From assembly GCF_964355755.1 (NCBI RefSeq), contig NC_092677.1, forward strand, positions 11,864,101 through 11,928,100: 64,000 bases of DNA, written 5' to 3'. Origin of the DNA: Antedon mediterranea. Lineage: Eukaryota; Animalia; Echinodermata. Both the position numbers and the translations under genes were made by a program. Shown piece by piece: positions 29,201 through 44,200 of the stretch. The notes under the pieces are model-generated. The model had not been told where the DNA came from and made no database searches. It saw only the letters and a program-made list of their open reading frames with translations. The stretch's first letter is position 1. The number at the start of each line of letters is the position of its first letter.

Positions 29201-32200
29201 AGTACCATCATTCTCACAAGACTGAAGACATGTTCTTACTACAATACAAATACATAGGCAATATTTTCAAGCAGATTGTATGGATCTTTGAAAACACAAT
29301 TGTTTGCTAAAGGCAGGGCTGTAGCCACCAGTACTTCAAACACTTTTTGACAGCGGCCTTTGACAACCCTGTGGCTCTCAAAGGGCTCTTTTTCTGCGAC
29401 CAACCACTCCACTTTAATTATTGTGGCTAGAGCATTGAAAGGTGTATTCAAATGTGATTGAAAACCATGTGAAGTTAAACATTGGAATAAACTTGTCCAG
29501 GTGTATAAAAGACACACATAGCAATATTAATATACCTCTGATTGTGCAGTATTCACCACTATACTCTTCAAGACATTCACAAACACTGTGTATACATCGA
29601 CCACCATTTTGGCATGGTTGTAGACAAGGGCGTTCTATAAAAAAAAAAACGTCTATGATGCATAGCTTAATTAAAAATATCTGGCTTTTATTCCAACTAC
29701 ACAAGACACATTTATATTTGCATATACACCTGTATTTTAAACATACCATATACATATATTTACATATACGTTTGTCACATCTAACATACCGTACACTTGT
29801 ATTTTGAATCGATTATCATCTTGTCCAATCCAACATGTGTATATTCCAGAATCATCTTCTGTCGCATTTTTCAACACCAATGTTGTTTGTTTATTGGATT
29901 TCGCTTGGACTCCAATATGTTGACCTGTTAAAAATAAATGTAAATATACGTGTCATTCAAATACATATGTTTTCCTTTATACAGTAAAACTCTGTCTACA
30001 CTATAAAACTTTATGCGATGTGCCCATATATGGACATGATGATGTCATATCACTACCATATTTGGGCACATAACATTTTTTTGTCAATCTACTTTGATAG
30101 TCTAGACAAGGCTTTAGAAACATAAATAAATTTATTCAATGCACACACCTAAAGAAAATGGTAAAACTCGCTGTCCATCTTGGAATGTCCAGTAAGGCTG
30201 AGCAAACTGGCCGTCACCAATAATCTCACATGAGAACTCAACGTCTGCTCCAGGGTAAGGTGTAGTTCTGATACTGGGGTTGATGGTAAAAATATAGCCA
30301 TCACTTACTGTTGAAGTGAAAAAGAAAAATCAGATCAATGATTGAAAAATGCTACAATAGTAGCGGTATTAAACATTTGAAATACTAATTGTTTACTTAC
30401 TTCGTGTTTCACAGATTTCGCCAGTAAAACCTGGAGGACAAATACACTGGCCATTCAGACAGTCACCTCCGTTGTTACAAGGAAGACGGCAATCAGTAGC
30501 TGCAGAAATAGAGACCATTACAGTGTACAGTTATAAAACATGAAAGAGTAGAATGGAAAAATAGAAAGGAAAAATAGGAAAACTTTTGAAAGAACTAGTA
30601 TTGCTCATTTCTACAACTCAGTCACACAGGACCTGTACATGCTTGTGTTGCTGAAACTTAACTGTTGTGGAAGATGGAAAGATGTGTTGATGATTGTGAC
30701 TTACATTTGAATTGGCAACGAGTTCCTTCATATTGTTGAGGACAGATGCAACGGCCATACTGACATTGACCTCCATTGTCACATCCAAGCAAACAACCTG
30801 GTTCTGAAATCAAATAATTCAATAAGTCTTTTACATTTGAAGCCCTTGTTATACAGAACCCCTCCTTTGGAACACCCCTATCCAGGGGACACCGCTATTA
30901 AAGGGACACTCCTGTGAAAAAAAAATGAGTGGAAATATACACTAAAGCCAACACCCTCTAATGTATTCGTTTAATAAAGTTTGAATATTTTTTATTGCTT
31001 GTCTTATATACATTATTTGTATGTCTTATTAATTTTTAGCGTAATTTATATTCAGAATGTCTATTGCTAGAAAATATATTATTAGAATACATTTAGTCTT
31101 ACCAAGAATATTGACTGGATAAACATTCGTTGATGTTTCTACAATACAAGTGTATGCTCCAACATCCGAAGCTTGAACATTTTCAATGATTAAATTAGTT
31201 CCAGTAGGAGACGTAGCTTGCATGTATACACGCTCATTTCCCGCTGCAATGAATACAAAAAAGACATTAGAAAAAGCCCATCCATAACTACTGTATATAT
31301 TACTCACAAAGTATTCATGACCATACCAAAATGATGCCAAACATAACAGTGGATCTTCATGCCCATAAAGTATGACAGGGTATTCTGACCTATTCTTAAA
31401 GCTTTGTCTACACTATCAAACTAGTTTGACAAAAAAAAGTGCCCAAATATGGTAGTGATATGACATCATCATGTCTATATTTAGGCACATCACATGTTGT
31501 TGGCAGATAAAGTTTGACTGAGCTTTACTCATGTATAGAATAATACTTGTTTCCAAATAAATCCAATATGCTAATTCCGGAAACTAAGCTATTGCAAAAT
31601 TACTTACTTCTTCTTGGTAGTATCATATCTCCATTAGGTCCCCGCCAGAGAGGTTGAGAGAGTCCTTGTCTGTTACCACCGTTTGCTTCACATAGGATGG
31701 TAAGACGACTCCCAAGACGAGGTACATCAAGTGAACTTGGGTTTACACTTAAAATGTAATCACTAGTGACTAATTAAAAAAGAAGCAACTTTAAAATAAT
31801 TAACTTTAGTGAGAAAACATCAATATAACAAACTGCTTCAATCAGGAAAATATTTTTATTGTTGATGTATGTTTAATATCCACATTCTTCTGGCTGCCAG
31901 GCATTTGTAAAATTGATACAAATTACTATATTTACAACTTTTAAAATGGTAAATACAAGTTGCTGTCATTTATTATTACTATATCAATTATATTTCTAAA
32001 CTTAAAGTCAATAAAGTAAGTAAAATTAAATATGGTTTATATATTGAATATGATATTTAGAACAATGCTGAAACATTCTTTTTTTGGCACACATCACAAC
32101 TTGCAAATTCATGTTAATTATATTGGTATTTTCTAAATAATCGCGACGAAAAGAATCATTAGCAAATAAACTAAGGACATGGTAAACTAACATGCTAACC

Positions 32201-35200
32201 ACAATTTTTAATACTCAAACTGATTGAGTGACCTACATTAAAACTGTACTGGAAAAATAAATTATGTGAGCATGCAACATATAGTATATGTACATAACAC
32301 AAGCAAAGATATTTCTTCGTATAATAATTATAAAATAACGATAACAAATATTACACATGACACATAGTTGCATTTACCTCTGAGGTGACAACGTTCACCG
32401 GTGAAATCTGGTAAACACTGACAAAGACCGTTGGAACAGCGCCCTCCATTGAGGCATGGAGCGGGACAATCACTAGCTACAACTACAATACAATGACATA
32501 CATATAGCACACAATAAAGCATTAAATGTGCAAGGCAATAAATAGCAAGACAAACTATACTGCAATGCAACATATAATATAATTATTTTTGTTTTCACTT
32601 TATCGTTTTTTTTCCCTTAGTGTCTGTTTTATTTATAGTTTTTTATAGTCAGACTTTTTTCATTCATTTATCCATCAAAAATTATTAATCTATTTTCTTT
32701 ATCTGTAATCAAATACAGTATTAATTAAAACTATACTATCACTGTATATATACAATCTATTATGTTAATATTGCAACATATAAAGAAATAACAGACAGTA
32801 ATCAAAACTTATATAAATGAAAAATAAATATAAATTATAAGAAAATCATAAAATGCTAAAACAAACACACCATATGTCAATTCAGCCAAATATACATACT
32901 AATATTATATTAATAGCAGTAATTAAAATAAACATAAAAATTACTATAAAAATCATACTAAATTAATATTCATATTGTAAAGACTAGGAACTAATATAAC
33001 ATAATACTATATAATGTATATTTAAATATATATTGTAACAGGTGTGATGTACAGGTGTAATTTACAGGTGGTACAATAGGTGTGATTTACAGGTGGTACA
33101 TACCTTTGATATGACATTGTGCACCAGTGTATGATCCCACACACTGACACTTGCCTGCTATACAAGCTCCTCCATTTAGGCATGGATTAGGACAAGTCGA
33201 ATCTGACATACACAAAAGTAATATTTAAAGTAACAAGTGCTTGTTGGTTCAAACTCATTCATGCATAAATTTATGTTATACTAGGTGCACATCTGCCTAA
33301 ATAAAATGGACTAAGATGAACAGGATTTGGCTTGCTTCTAGCAGTTTCACAGAAAAATCATAACAACATTATTAAACTATTAATAATATTAATGAAAAAG
33401 ATTTACCTCTAAGTTGAATTATAAAATTATTATCAAAGCTGTTGACTCGACAGGAGTACGATCCTGTGTCACCTGGTTGGATGTCTTCAATGTTAAGTCG
33501 CGCTCTAGATGGCGACAAAATAGTTGTATACACATCCGACTGAATATCACCTATATTGTATTATAAAGAAGTCAATAATTATGATTTCTTAACACCACTA
33601 ATCTTGTCCAAAATCATCCCCTTATGTGGAAGAGTGCTTAATTTATACAATGTATAGTAATAAAAAACATCAAAGCTCAGGATGAGGGGGGGGGGGGGAC
33701 TTATTTGAAGTGCAGTAATTTTAAGTTGGTTAATAATGATCAAACCTGGAGCTCTTGGTTCAATCAGTCGTCCATCAGGAGTGTACCAATTTGGAGGTGA
33801 TGTGCCACGCTTCACTTCACACACAAGGCTGATGTCAGCCCCAAGGTCTGGTGCAGTGATGTATTGTGGGATAATGTTGATCAGCATACCACGTACAGCT
33901 GTGAAATAATTCATATAGATAATATGTTTGTTGGTTTTGTTCTAGTAAATGAAATCAAATATTATTTACGTCGGTTCTGATTATTTGTGTTCTTTGGGGG
34001 AGGGGGGATCAGCTTCTAACAGTAAAAAGTCATTAATAGTATATTTTAAAGGGAACTTGAAGGCCATATACTACACACAACTTAAGCTCTCTCTACACTA
34101 TCAAACTAGTTTGACAAAAAAACATGTGATGTGCCCAAATATGATAGTGATATACCCAAATATGGTAGTGATATGACATCATCATGTCCATATATGGGCA
34201 CATCACATTTTCTTACATTTGAAGTTGCACTGTGGTCCAAAGTATCCACCAGGACAGCGACATGACTTTCCTGTGCTGCAAAATCCTCCATTCATGCAAG
34301 GCAATGCACAGTCCGTTTTCACTGTAACAATAATATAGTTATTGTTAAGAAAAGTGGGCATATAATGACAAAGCTACACTGACTATGGACAACAAGTACA
34401 TGCACAATGATAACAAAGTATAATGTTACCTTCAAACTGACAGATGGAACCTCCATACTCTGGTGGGCATTCACAAGAACCTGCTACACACCTTCCAGAA
34501 TTCATACAATCTGGTATACAGTAGTTGTTAGGATCAACTAAGATATTTTAAGGAGATAAAATGTGCCAATTAGTACATAGTCATTAAAACAATAACTAAA
34601 CACATATGGATATAATGTCACAAAAATAATGATATATTTACAAATAGGGATCTACTATAACTTAATATATATATATATACAAATAATATGTTATTTGTGT
34701 ACCTAGTAGATATCATACAAGTCCTCATTCAACTCAACAAATACAGTACAGAAATACAAAATTGAGACACTATAGAAAATATAGAAAAAAGCAACTTACT
34801 TTCAACTGTCACATTAACAATAGCTGTTTGTGGGCCAATTACACACTTATATTGGCCTTCATCTGGCAGGGTAAGGTAACTGAACACTAAACGGGAAGCA
34901 GTACGAGACATCTGTTCCACATATATCCTATCAGAATCTGTAAACAAATTAAATTTATAATAGTATTGCTTTTAGATAGGATTTATGGAAATGAGAAAAA
35001 TTGGCAATATGTACACTAGTAAAATCCTGTAAACCTACAAAGACGATCTAAGATAGATACAAAAATTTGCAATGTTCAATGGTTTACCTGATTCTTTGGT
35101 ACCAATAGCTCTATCTTGTTTATCATACCAGACGGGTGGAGATTGTATACTGAGTAGGGACGCTACATCAACATCCCGCATTTCACAAACAAAAGACACA

Positions 35201-38200
35201 GAGGAGCCAGCGAATGGACGAATATCATTACCACTTCCAGAAATGAGAATCGAGAAATTTGGCGAAGCTGTAAACAATATAAAAAAGCACATACATTATT
35301 CTCTTGTGATTGGATGTTTTAAATTGTTTCAGGTTAAAAAGTAACCTAATACCTAATATTAATAAAAGATATATTTTAGAAATGGATATACACACCATTA
35401 TTTTGGAGTTTTTTTCTAATCAATAATATTACTTGCTAGAACATAATATAAACAGCCTCAGGAAGACTCAAATCTTACATTAACCACACATCTTTAAAAT
35501 CGATTTAAGATTACTTACGTAGCGTTGAGGTCTGACAGTAACTGCCGGTAAACTGTCGTGGACATTGACACACACCATTTCTGCAGATTCCTCCATTTCG
35601 ACAGTTAGGAAAGCAGGAACGTAATGGTCCTAAAAGAAAGTTAATAGAAAATACAGAGAAGAATGATGGTAGGGAGTTGCAGATAGCACCAACTCTAACA
35701 GTTGGCAGGACAGACAGCAGGATTGGTCCTAATAAAAAGTGAATAAAAAATATGAAAGAGGATGGTGGTGGCTAGGACGGTATTGCAGATGAATCGCATG
35801 AATTTACACACAGAGAGACACACGATGTTGACGCCCTGGTATGTGTGAATTATAGAGTTTTGCTAGGCCATGTGAAAGAGGTGTTAGACTAACCTTGTGC
35901 CTCTATTGATAGATTAAACACTTGTCTAAATGTTCCGGATACACAGGTGTACAAGCCTACATCTCGTGGTTGCATGTTCCTTATTATCAATTTTGTAGCT
36001 CTATCGTTTATATTCTCAACATAAATGTGCGAGTTAATACCTGGAGAGTAAACAAATATAATATATGAATACCATGTGACTGTAGATGTAAAACAATTTT
36101 ACTGTATGCACTTTCCAGCATACAAGTTGCTGTTCAAAACCATACAGAATTACATTATCAACTAACTTGATCTAGGAGAGACCCTATTGTTTTGATTGTC
36201 GATCCACACGGGTGGTGTTGGTCCAGCTCGGGATAATTCACAATTGATTGTTACATCACCACCAACTGGAGTGTCTTCAGAGATGACATCATTTGGAGCA
36301 CTGACAGGAATACCTACAAGGAAATAAATCAATTTAAGGTTCTTTGTCTTTATAAGAATGGGCATATGTGATGTTTCCGTTCAGCAACTACAACTTGGAC
36401 AGCAAACTGAGCCAAGACCTTCAGTAAGGCGTTTTAATCAAATTAAAGTAACAATTTGCATATAAATTTGAATATCTTACTTTGTTGACAGTAGCCACCT
36501 GTGTAGCCCAACTGACACCTACATTGGCCTTGGATACATGTACCGCCATTTAAACAAGCTGGTATACATTGGCGACCAATCGCTGAAAAAATGAAATATG
36601 AAATGGTGATTTTTGTTATACATAGCTAAATTATGCAAATATAAAATCACATGTATGTAAAACCATTCTTTACCGACCTTGCTGGCAAAAGTTTCCAACA
36701 TAACCTTGTACACAGATGCACTGACCATTAAAACAAGTACCTCCATTACGACACGATGGTATACACTGAACAATGGGTGCTGCAGCAATAACAAAAAAAC
36801 AATATTATAGATAACTATAATTAATACAATAATACTGTAAAAGGTGAGACGGTTGGTAGAACGATTTTTTTCTGATAAGGACGATAAAACATATGTCCAG
36901 CGTACACATCTAGCTCATGTGCACTATAAAGAACCTAGTACATCTTGGGGGTTTACCCCGGTGTACCAGTTGACACACACAACCACTGTCAATCATAGCC
37001 AAAGATCATAACTGGGCTCTCTGGAAAATCAGTCTTTGACTGAAGAGTTCACCCAGTTTAAATAAATAAACAACACCTGACTGACCTCTGACAGTCATGT
37101 TGAACACCTGGGTAAACCTGCCAGCTACACAGGTGTAGAGTCCAGCGTCAGACACCTGGATGTTTTTAATGTAAAGCTTAGTTGTGTATAGATCAATCAC
37201 CTCAGAGTACAAACGATTACTTCCTCCTATCATAAAGATTTAAAAAACAAAATAGTCTTTTCATCAATCAGTTTTTAAAAACACTCATGAAAGAAATCAC
37301 TACATTCATATTTTCTTTGAAATAACATTTTTTAAATTTTAAGTATGTTTCAGTTTTCAGGGGAAAAAAATGATTTAGATAATAAAACATTTTTAAAGAT
37401 AGCATTTTTTAAAATCATAGATACCGACCTTGTCCAAGCTCTAGTATGCGGCGGTCATTTCTAGCTTTTTTCCAATAGGGAGGTGTTGCTCCTGGGTTTG
37501 TCACTTCACAAGTCACCATCACATCTCCACCAGCAAATGGCTCACCGATTACAGAGTTGGTGTTGATAGTTACTGGGTTTACTACAAAAGTCCAACAAAT
37601 GATTTGATTAATTAAGCATATTCTGGATTAAAAATGATTGGTTCGTGTCGCAACAGGTGTGAAAGACCCTTTACTCCCTAATATCATAAGTTAATGTTGA
37701 CACAGTAGGCCTGGTAAAATAAGTCGACTTTTCAAGTCAGGTAAACTTAACAGTTTCTGGTTTTAACAAAATTCATGGAAATTGGTAAACTCTGTTTTTA
37801 TAAATAATTTCATGTTTTATCAATGTTCACATGAAAATAAAAACATGCTGAATAGCAGAATTAACTATTCAAAGTATACATGCATTGCCAATTATTAAAC
37901 ACATATTTTTTTACTTTGCATTCAATGGAATAAACCAATATCCAGAAAATTGAGGCCTATATATACACACATGCTAAGTGGCTTTTCTATTATTATTTTT
38001 TTTTTTAATACTGTTTTTATTCCAAAGCATGCAGTTGTACCTCACCGAAATCCATTGGTTTGTAATGAAAATGATACGGTTGACCATTATGTCAGGCAAA
38101 CTAATTGTGGTTATAAATAAAATAAAGGCAAGCGTGCAAAAACAAGTTGGACAAAAGTCTCCATAGTTTTAAATATTCACAACTTACAAAACTCGCATCC

Positions 38201-41200
38201 ACATATTTATAATACCAGTACTTTCCGTTGGATACTGTATATTGCTATTCTCTTGGACAAGCAATAAAAGTCAAGCATTGAAAAAAAGTAAATATGCAAA
38301 ATAAAAACCTGAACAATCTGTATAATTGAATTGGAATATTTGTAACATTCAGAATTGCATGCAGTCATTTCCAGAACAATGCAAATAGCTGAGGGCTAAT
38401 TTCTTACGGAGGTTGCTACATGATGGACCATTGTATCCAAAGGGACACCTACAGTTGCCAGCCTCACAAAAGCCGCCGTTTTGACATGGTGGGAAGCAGG
38501 ATTGAACTGTAATAATGTAATCAATAATATCACTCGAATCTGTTTACTTATTACACTTAATAGTCTTGAGCAAATTTTAACTTTATGAATCCTCTTGTAT
38601 CTTTATGTTTGAATGTCGTCTGTATATTTTTGTTGTTTTTTTTAAAGTCAGTTGTACTGCTGTAGTACAGCTGTTAGAGCTACACTTGTAAAACAAAGTT
38701 TAATAAATAAATAAATGATACATTTCTAAAAAAACAACCATTTTTCTTTTAAAGATCACTTCTAAATGTTTAGTATTGTGCATGATACTTACAAACTAGT
38801 AAAAGATTGTAGTACTTGACAACACTTCCAACTGTACATGTATATTGGCCTTCATCTAAATGATTCAAGCCAATGATGTTTAATCTACTGCCTCTACTCC
38901 TCAAGTCAACTTCAGTGTAGATTCTGGCATTAGATCCTAGTTGTGAAAAAATGATTAAAAATAAGATATTTGCACACATTTTTGTACCATTTTCTGTGTT
39001 GGTCTTGAAGTTGGTCAGGTACTCTAAGGTAGACAAGATATTTTTAAAGATGCTTCCATCTTGAATGCTTGAGAAATTTTAAATCATAGGTGGGATCCTA
39101 TAGCAGACATTGAAAGACCAAGCTGCTGTGGACCATGAAAAACAGCTTTCCTTACACACAGCAGGGTTTGTACAGCATATACAGCAAAAGGCAACCAATC
39201 CATAAAAAAATATATAAATTGCTACAGATTACTATGATTGATGGCATCTTACCTGGAACTTTTCTTCTCACGGGATAACCTCTTGGATCAGTCCATTCTG
39301 GTGTAGGGGAGTCAGCATAAAGAGATGTTTTACAAAGTACTGTCAAATTACCCCCTACAGATGTTACTAGTCCAGAGGGAGTGACCACATCAACAGCATA
39401 ACCTTTTGTAGAAAAGGAAACGACATTACTTCACAGCAAGTATGTCATACTAAACCTTTCACAAATGCCACTACTTACAATGCATAATATATGTGAATGG
39501 TTCTTAAAATGTACATTACATTATTTAAATAATAAAAATAATAAAAATTTCTTGTGACTTACTCTGCGAACATGTTGGTCCATAAAATGGAGGCACACAT
39601 TCACAATGACCTCTGACACATTCACCTTCATTCCGACATGGTTGAGGGCACTCCGCTACAAACAAAAATGATCAACATGTGTAACTATATTTGTTAAGAA
39701 ACACCTCATAACTATTTACAAAATACCAGAGACTACTTTTTATGCAAGAATTAAGAAACTGTAAAAAGTGCATTCATGAGCAATAAGCTTTCAAATCAAA
39801 GAGAAAAACTATGAGCAATACATTAGAGCATAAAGGAATTACTACTTCCATAGTGACAAAAGGAAACTTTATCAACTGAGGGTGGAAGAAGGAAGAGAAT
39901 GCCATGCCATGTCACTGACTCACTAAATGGGAATGGTGTTCCTAGTCCTGTGCCTGCTATACAGTCCCGTTGTGGAAGTTCATCACATACTTTCAGAAAC
40001 TCATGTGCCTTCGGGAAATTTGCCCCCTGCAGCACACCTATAGCCTGACCACCGCAACTCTCTAGAATTTCGCGGCAAAAAGACTGACACAGCAGAAGGG
40101 AAGTATCGCTACGATCGCAAGGCTGGTAAAATGCTGTACAGAATAGGAGGTCTTTCGCCCCATGGCAGTCCACAAGCGTGCTTAGTTTGGTTACGAGTGT
40201 TTCAGCAGTTTCTGGATCTTCAGCTAAACTTGTCGGGAATACTGCATCAAGGTATAAGAGGTCACGACATTCTTGTGACCCCACGATTTCGCAACGTTCG
40301 ACCGTCAATGTTGGAGGGGTTGTAAAACTATTTGCTACAGAAAAATCAACAGAAGTACAAAAACTATTTATTCTATATGCTATAGAAAATTGCTTAGTAC
40401 ACCTATTTTTCTAATGCAATTTCCTTTGGAAAAATATAACATTCTATAATCAATACATGGCTGCCTAAGAATAGCACTAAATTTATTATATCTTACGCAT
40501 TATAACGTTGATACTCTCCGTATAGCCTCCAGCACTACAACTGTAGGTTCCCTCATCCAACTCAGTGAATCCATTAATGACAAGACGAGTCTGACCATTT
40601 GTCATGGGTTCAGAATAAACATGATTCCCTAAAAATAAATATATTTGTTAATCCATGACTCTAGTTATAAATAAACATCATATATGGATTTGAGTGGGGG
40701 CCCAGATTCCTTTTCAATTACTGTCCATATTTATACAATATATAATAGATATGTTAAGAGAACAAACACCCACACAGAATACTTTGAAAATAAGTTTTTT
40801 CTGCCATTATAAAATCCATAGGCAGGTTAAAGAATTCAAAATCCTCAATCCTCTACTGAAATTCTGAAAGTCTTTGATAAATTACAGAAGAATGTAGAAT
40901 TAAATTCTTACCAAAACTGCTTCTTGGGCTAATATACTCCTGGGTTGGGCCACGCCATACTGGTGGGCCAATGTCAGTCATGTTACTGTAACAGGTCCAA
41001 TACACCATCTGATCCATAGATAGCAACTCTTGGCCTGGCATAATCAGTAACTCAACCTCTGCGACTGATTAGATATATAAATAATAGGAATAAATAGTCA
41101 AAGACACAAGTTTGAACATTTTAATGCACTACAGGCTGTTTCATGAGTACCTCAATCCTGGTGCTTGGCTACAGACAATATATCAATATCAAAAAGACAT

Positions 41201-44200
41201 CACTATAAGTATGATACTGGGAGACTGTATGTTGGGTCATTAATGATATATTCTTTAACCATCTTCCATTGGTCTGACTTCTTTTCACAACAACCCACAT
41301 CCTGACTTTATTACATACACATTAAATTTTGTAAAAAAAAAAATTGCAATTGATTGTAATGAAAAAATGCAATTCATACCTAATTCTTCACAGCTAGATC
41401 CAGTGTAGCTAGGAACACAAATACAAACACCAAATGCACACGTACCTCCATTGGCACAAGCTGGTTGACACGGCGGAAAGACACGACCTAAAAAAAAAAA
41501 CATACCAGTAATTACAATGCTTCAAAACTATAATATAAAATTGAAGAACTGAAGAAATATTGCACTTACCAACTTGTAATTCACAGTATGGGCCTTCAAA
41601 GCCTTCTTGACAAACACACTGCCCATTCTGGCAAAGTCCTTCATTCTGACAGGGAGGAATGCACACACCAGCTACAAAAAAATTAAATATAGACTACAGT
41701 ACAAAGAAAATAATTATAATCTGAATTTGGTTTTAAATTAGCATATTTAGTAAATTTGGTCATAAAGCAATTAGGCTTACGACGAACTAAACTGCAATCT
41801 ATTCCGGTAAAACCCTCATCACACACACATTGTCGATTTCTGCAAACTCCATTTTGGCAGGCAGGTATACAAGGTGGAACTAAAGACAATATAAATAATA
41901 AAACATTGCACGTTAATGAGTTATGAATATTCACGATTTATGTGTGACTTGTCATTTTCAGGAAAATAAGTACACTTTATTTTTGGTGATCAGCATAAAA
42001 ATTTTTAAAAAAGTTTATAGTGTTATGCATGACAAATGAAAATTAAAATGCTTAAAATAAATACAGCAGTAACATATAAATTAGAATGACAGCCTGAATT
42101 TGTATTAACTTACCATATTGTCCACATGCTTCACCTGTGAATGATGTAGAACACTGACAACGCCCTTCAAAGCATGTTCCTCCATTCAAACACTCAGGCT
42201 GACATCCTGTGAACAAAATTGTAAAAGATAATATTTATAAATATAGATTTATTTATTTGAGTCCAAAAAACTTTAAAAGCACTTACAGGTACACTGCATG
42301 CAGGAATATTGGAATGTGTGTCAATTAATCTAACCTAGGTTGGTCATCACAAATTGAAAGCTCACTATTATTGAAATGTTAAATATATTCACCTTTATAT
42401 TGGCAGTATTGACCACTGAACCCTGGAAGACATCTACATTCACCGTATCTACAAAATCCTCCATTCTGACACTGTTCCATACATACTACACACAAAGTAA
42501 ACATTGACACCACATTGTTTACATTGTTTTAGTGAAGGAAACAAAATTAACACAAGATCCTAATACTTCCATTAACAAGTTTTTTAAATAAGAAAACAAT
42601 ATCAGAAATTGAAATATAGGACTTTAAATAGCTAGACTTCAATAACCATTCTTTTTCTGAAGATCATATTTAATAGGTTTTGGTCATCATAGGGTTCAAT
42701 ACAATTTTGTCTTATTTCAATTAGTATACACCATTTTAAACAACTGCAGCTCTCCAAAAACTGAATAATCCATTTTAAGGGAAATAAAGAATGGACTGAT
42801 AAGCTTTTCTGGAAGAGTCACAATATACAAGTAAACAAAATGCTTTATATTATTATGTTTTAATATTTTCATCTAAAGCATTGTTAAAATGTATGCAATT
42901 GTAACAATGCAATGTTAGTAAATCAATAGCACCAAAATATTCAAATATATCCAATACACAAATTAAATTATGTAATCATAATATAATTTCATATAATATC
43001 TAAATATAATAACTTTTATGTTAAACATTATTAGAAAGTTTAAATTATATGAATTAGATTAAAATTCAATAACTTTGTTACATTAATAGCTATAATACAG
43101 TTGATTAAATATAAATACTGTTTTCTTATTACAAATATCAGAACAAGTTAGAGAGTACAGTTAACTGTTGTAAACATTAAAGCAACTTTTTCCACATTGA
43201 TATAAGCATATGTCTCCACCTGACCAATAACATACCAGACAGTTTTGGATTATTTTAAAACTGTACCTCACCTTCGTCTTCACAAGTTGGTCCTTCAAAA
43301 CCCTCTTCACAAATGCAAGAACCATTCATACAAGTTGCGTTATTTTGACATGCTGGTAAACAGACTAGAAAATAATACATGCCGGTCGTGTACACAAAAT
43401 ACAACACAGACAACTTCTATTAAAATTAGATAAAGTAACATTTTTTTAATTAAAGCTCTGTCTGCACTATCAAACTAAAAAGGTATATGACATCATCATG
43501 TCTATGGGCACATTTTTGGTCACATAAACTTTGATAGTGTTAGACAAGCTTAAGCCTCATGCAATCTTGTCTTGTCATGCACATTAGATGCATTTGGTCT
43601 CCATGCATCTGCAATAACCTACCCTTTCTTTCACAAGCTAGGCCGCCAAAGCCTTCAGGACAGACACACATACCATTGGTACATGTAGCACCATTCTGGC
43701 ATTTTGGACTACAAACTTTATAGACAAATAACAATTTCAGAAGAGTGTAAAATTCTATAACATTTTTTTCTTTAACAATTGTTTATTATACTAAAGTATT
43801 TCGTTTGGCAATATAACTTTCTAAATAAATAAAACACACTGAAGCAAGTCCGTAGTCAGATGGGTTCTTTTTCCACAAAGGGGTAAGAATCACCATAAGC
43901 TAGGCATATTTACCGCTGCTAGTCCCGGGTTTAAACTTGCAAAAAATTCTTGGATGGCATTTCTTTTCATGACTTAGGAATGAGCCAACACAACATACTT
44001 ACCGACTTGCTCACAGGTTGGACCTTCAAATCCATAGATACATTGACAAACACCATTGATGCAGAATCCTCCGTTCTGACAACCAGGTTCGCACGCTGAA
44101 AAATTAAGACAAGTAACACACCTATACCATTTGATGGCTTGATTATGTATCACATCCCAAGCATTATTTAGGTTCATCATGAATAGATAGTTTTTGTAAA

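Noticed and set aside
33038-33100. Cluster of ACAGGTG repeats (E-box-like) next to a splice donor
   Set aside because: Explained as a short degenerate minisatellite; no evidence of regulatory function.
36670-37432. Two donors share CAAG|GTCGGTA with a second GT 4 nt downstream
   Set aside because: Use of the second GT would shift the frame, and two cases among about 130 donors is compatible with chance.
3444-40414. Many short plus-strand ORFs in the track (e.g. 8354-8710, 19068-19316, 35072-35344, 40178-40414)
   Set aside because: They are antisense shadows of minus-strand exons or AT-rich intron ORFs with no recognisable motifs.
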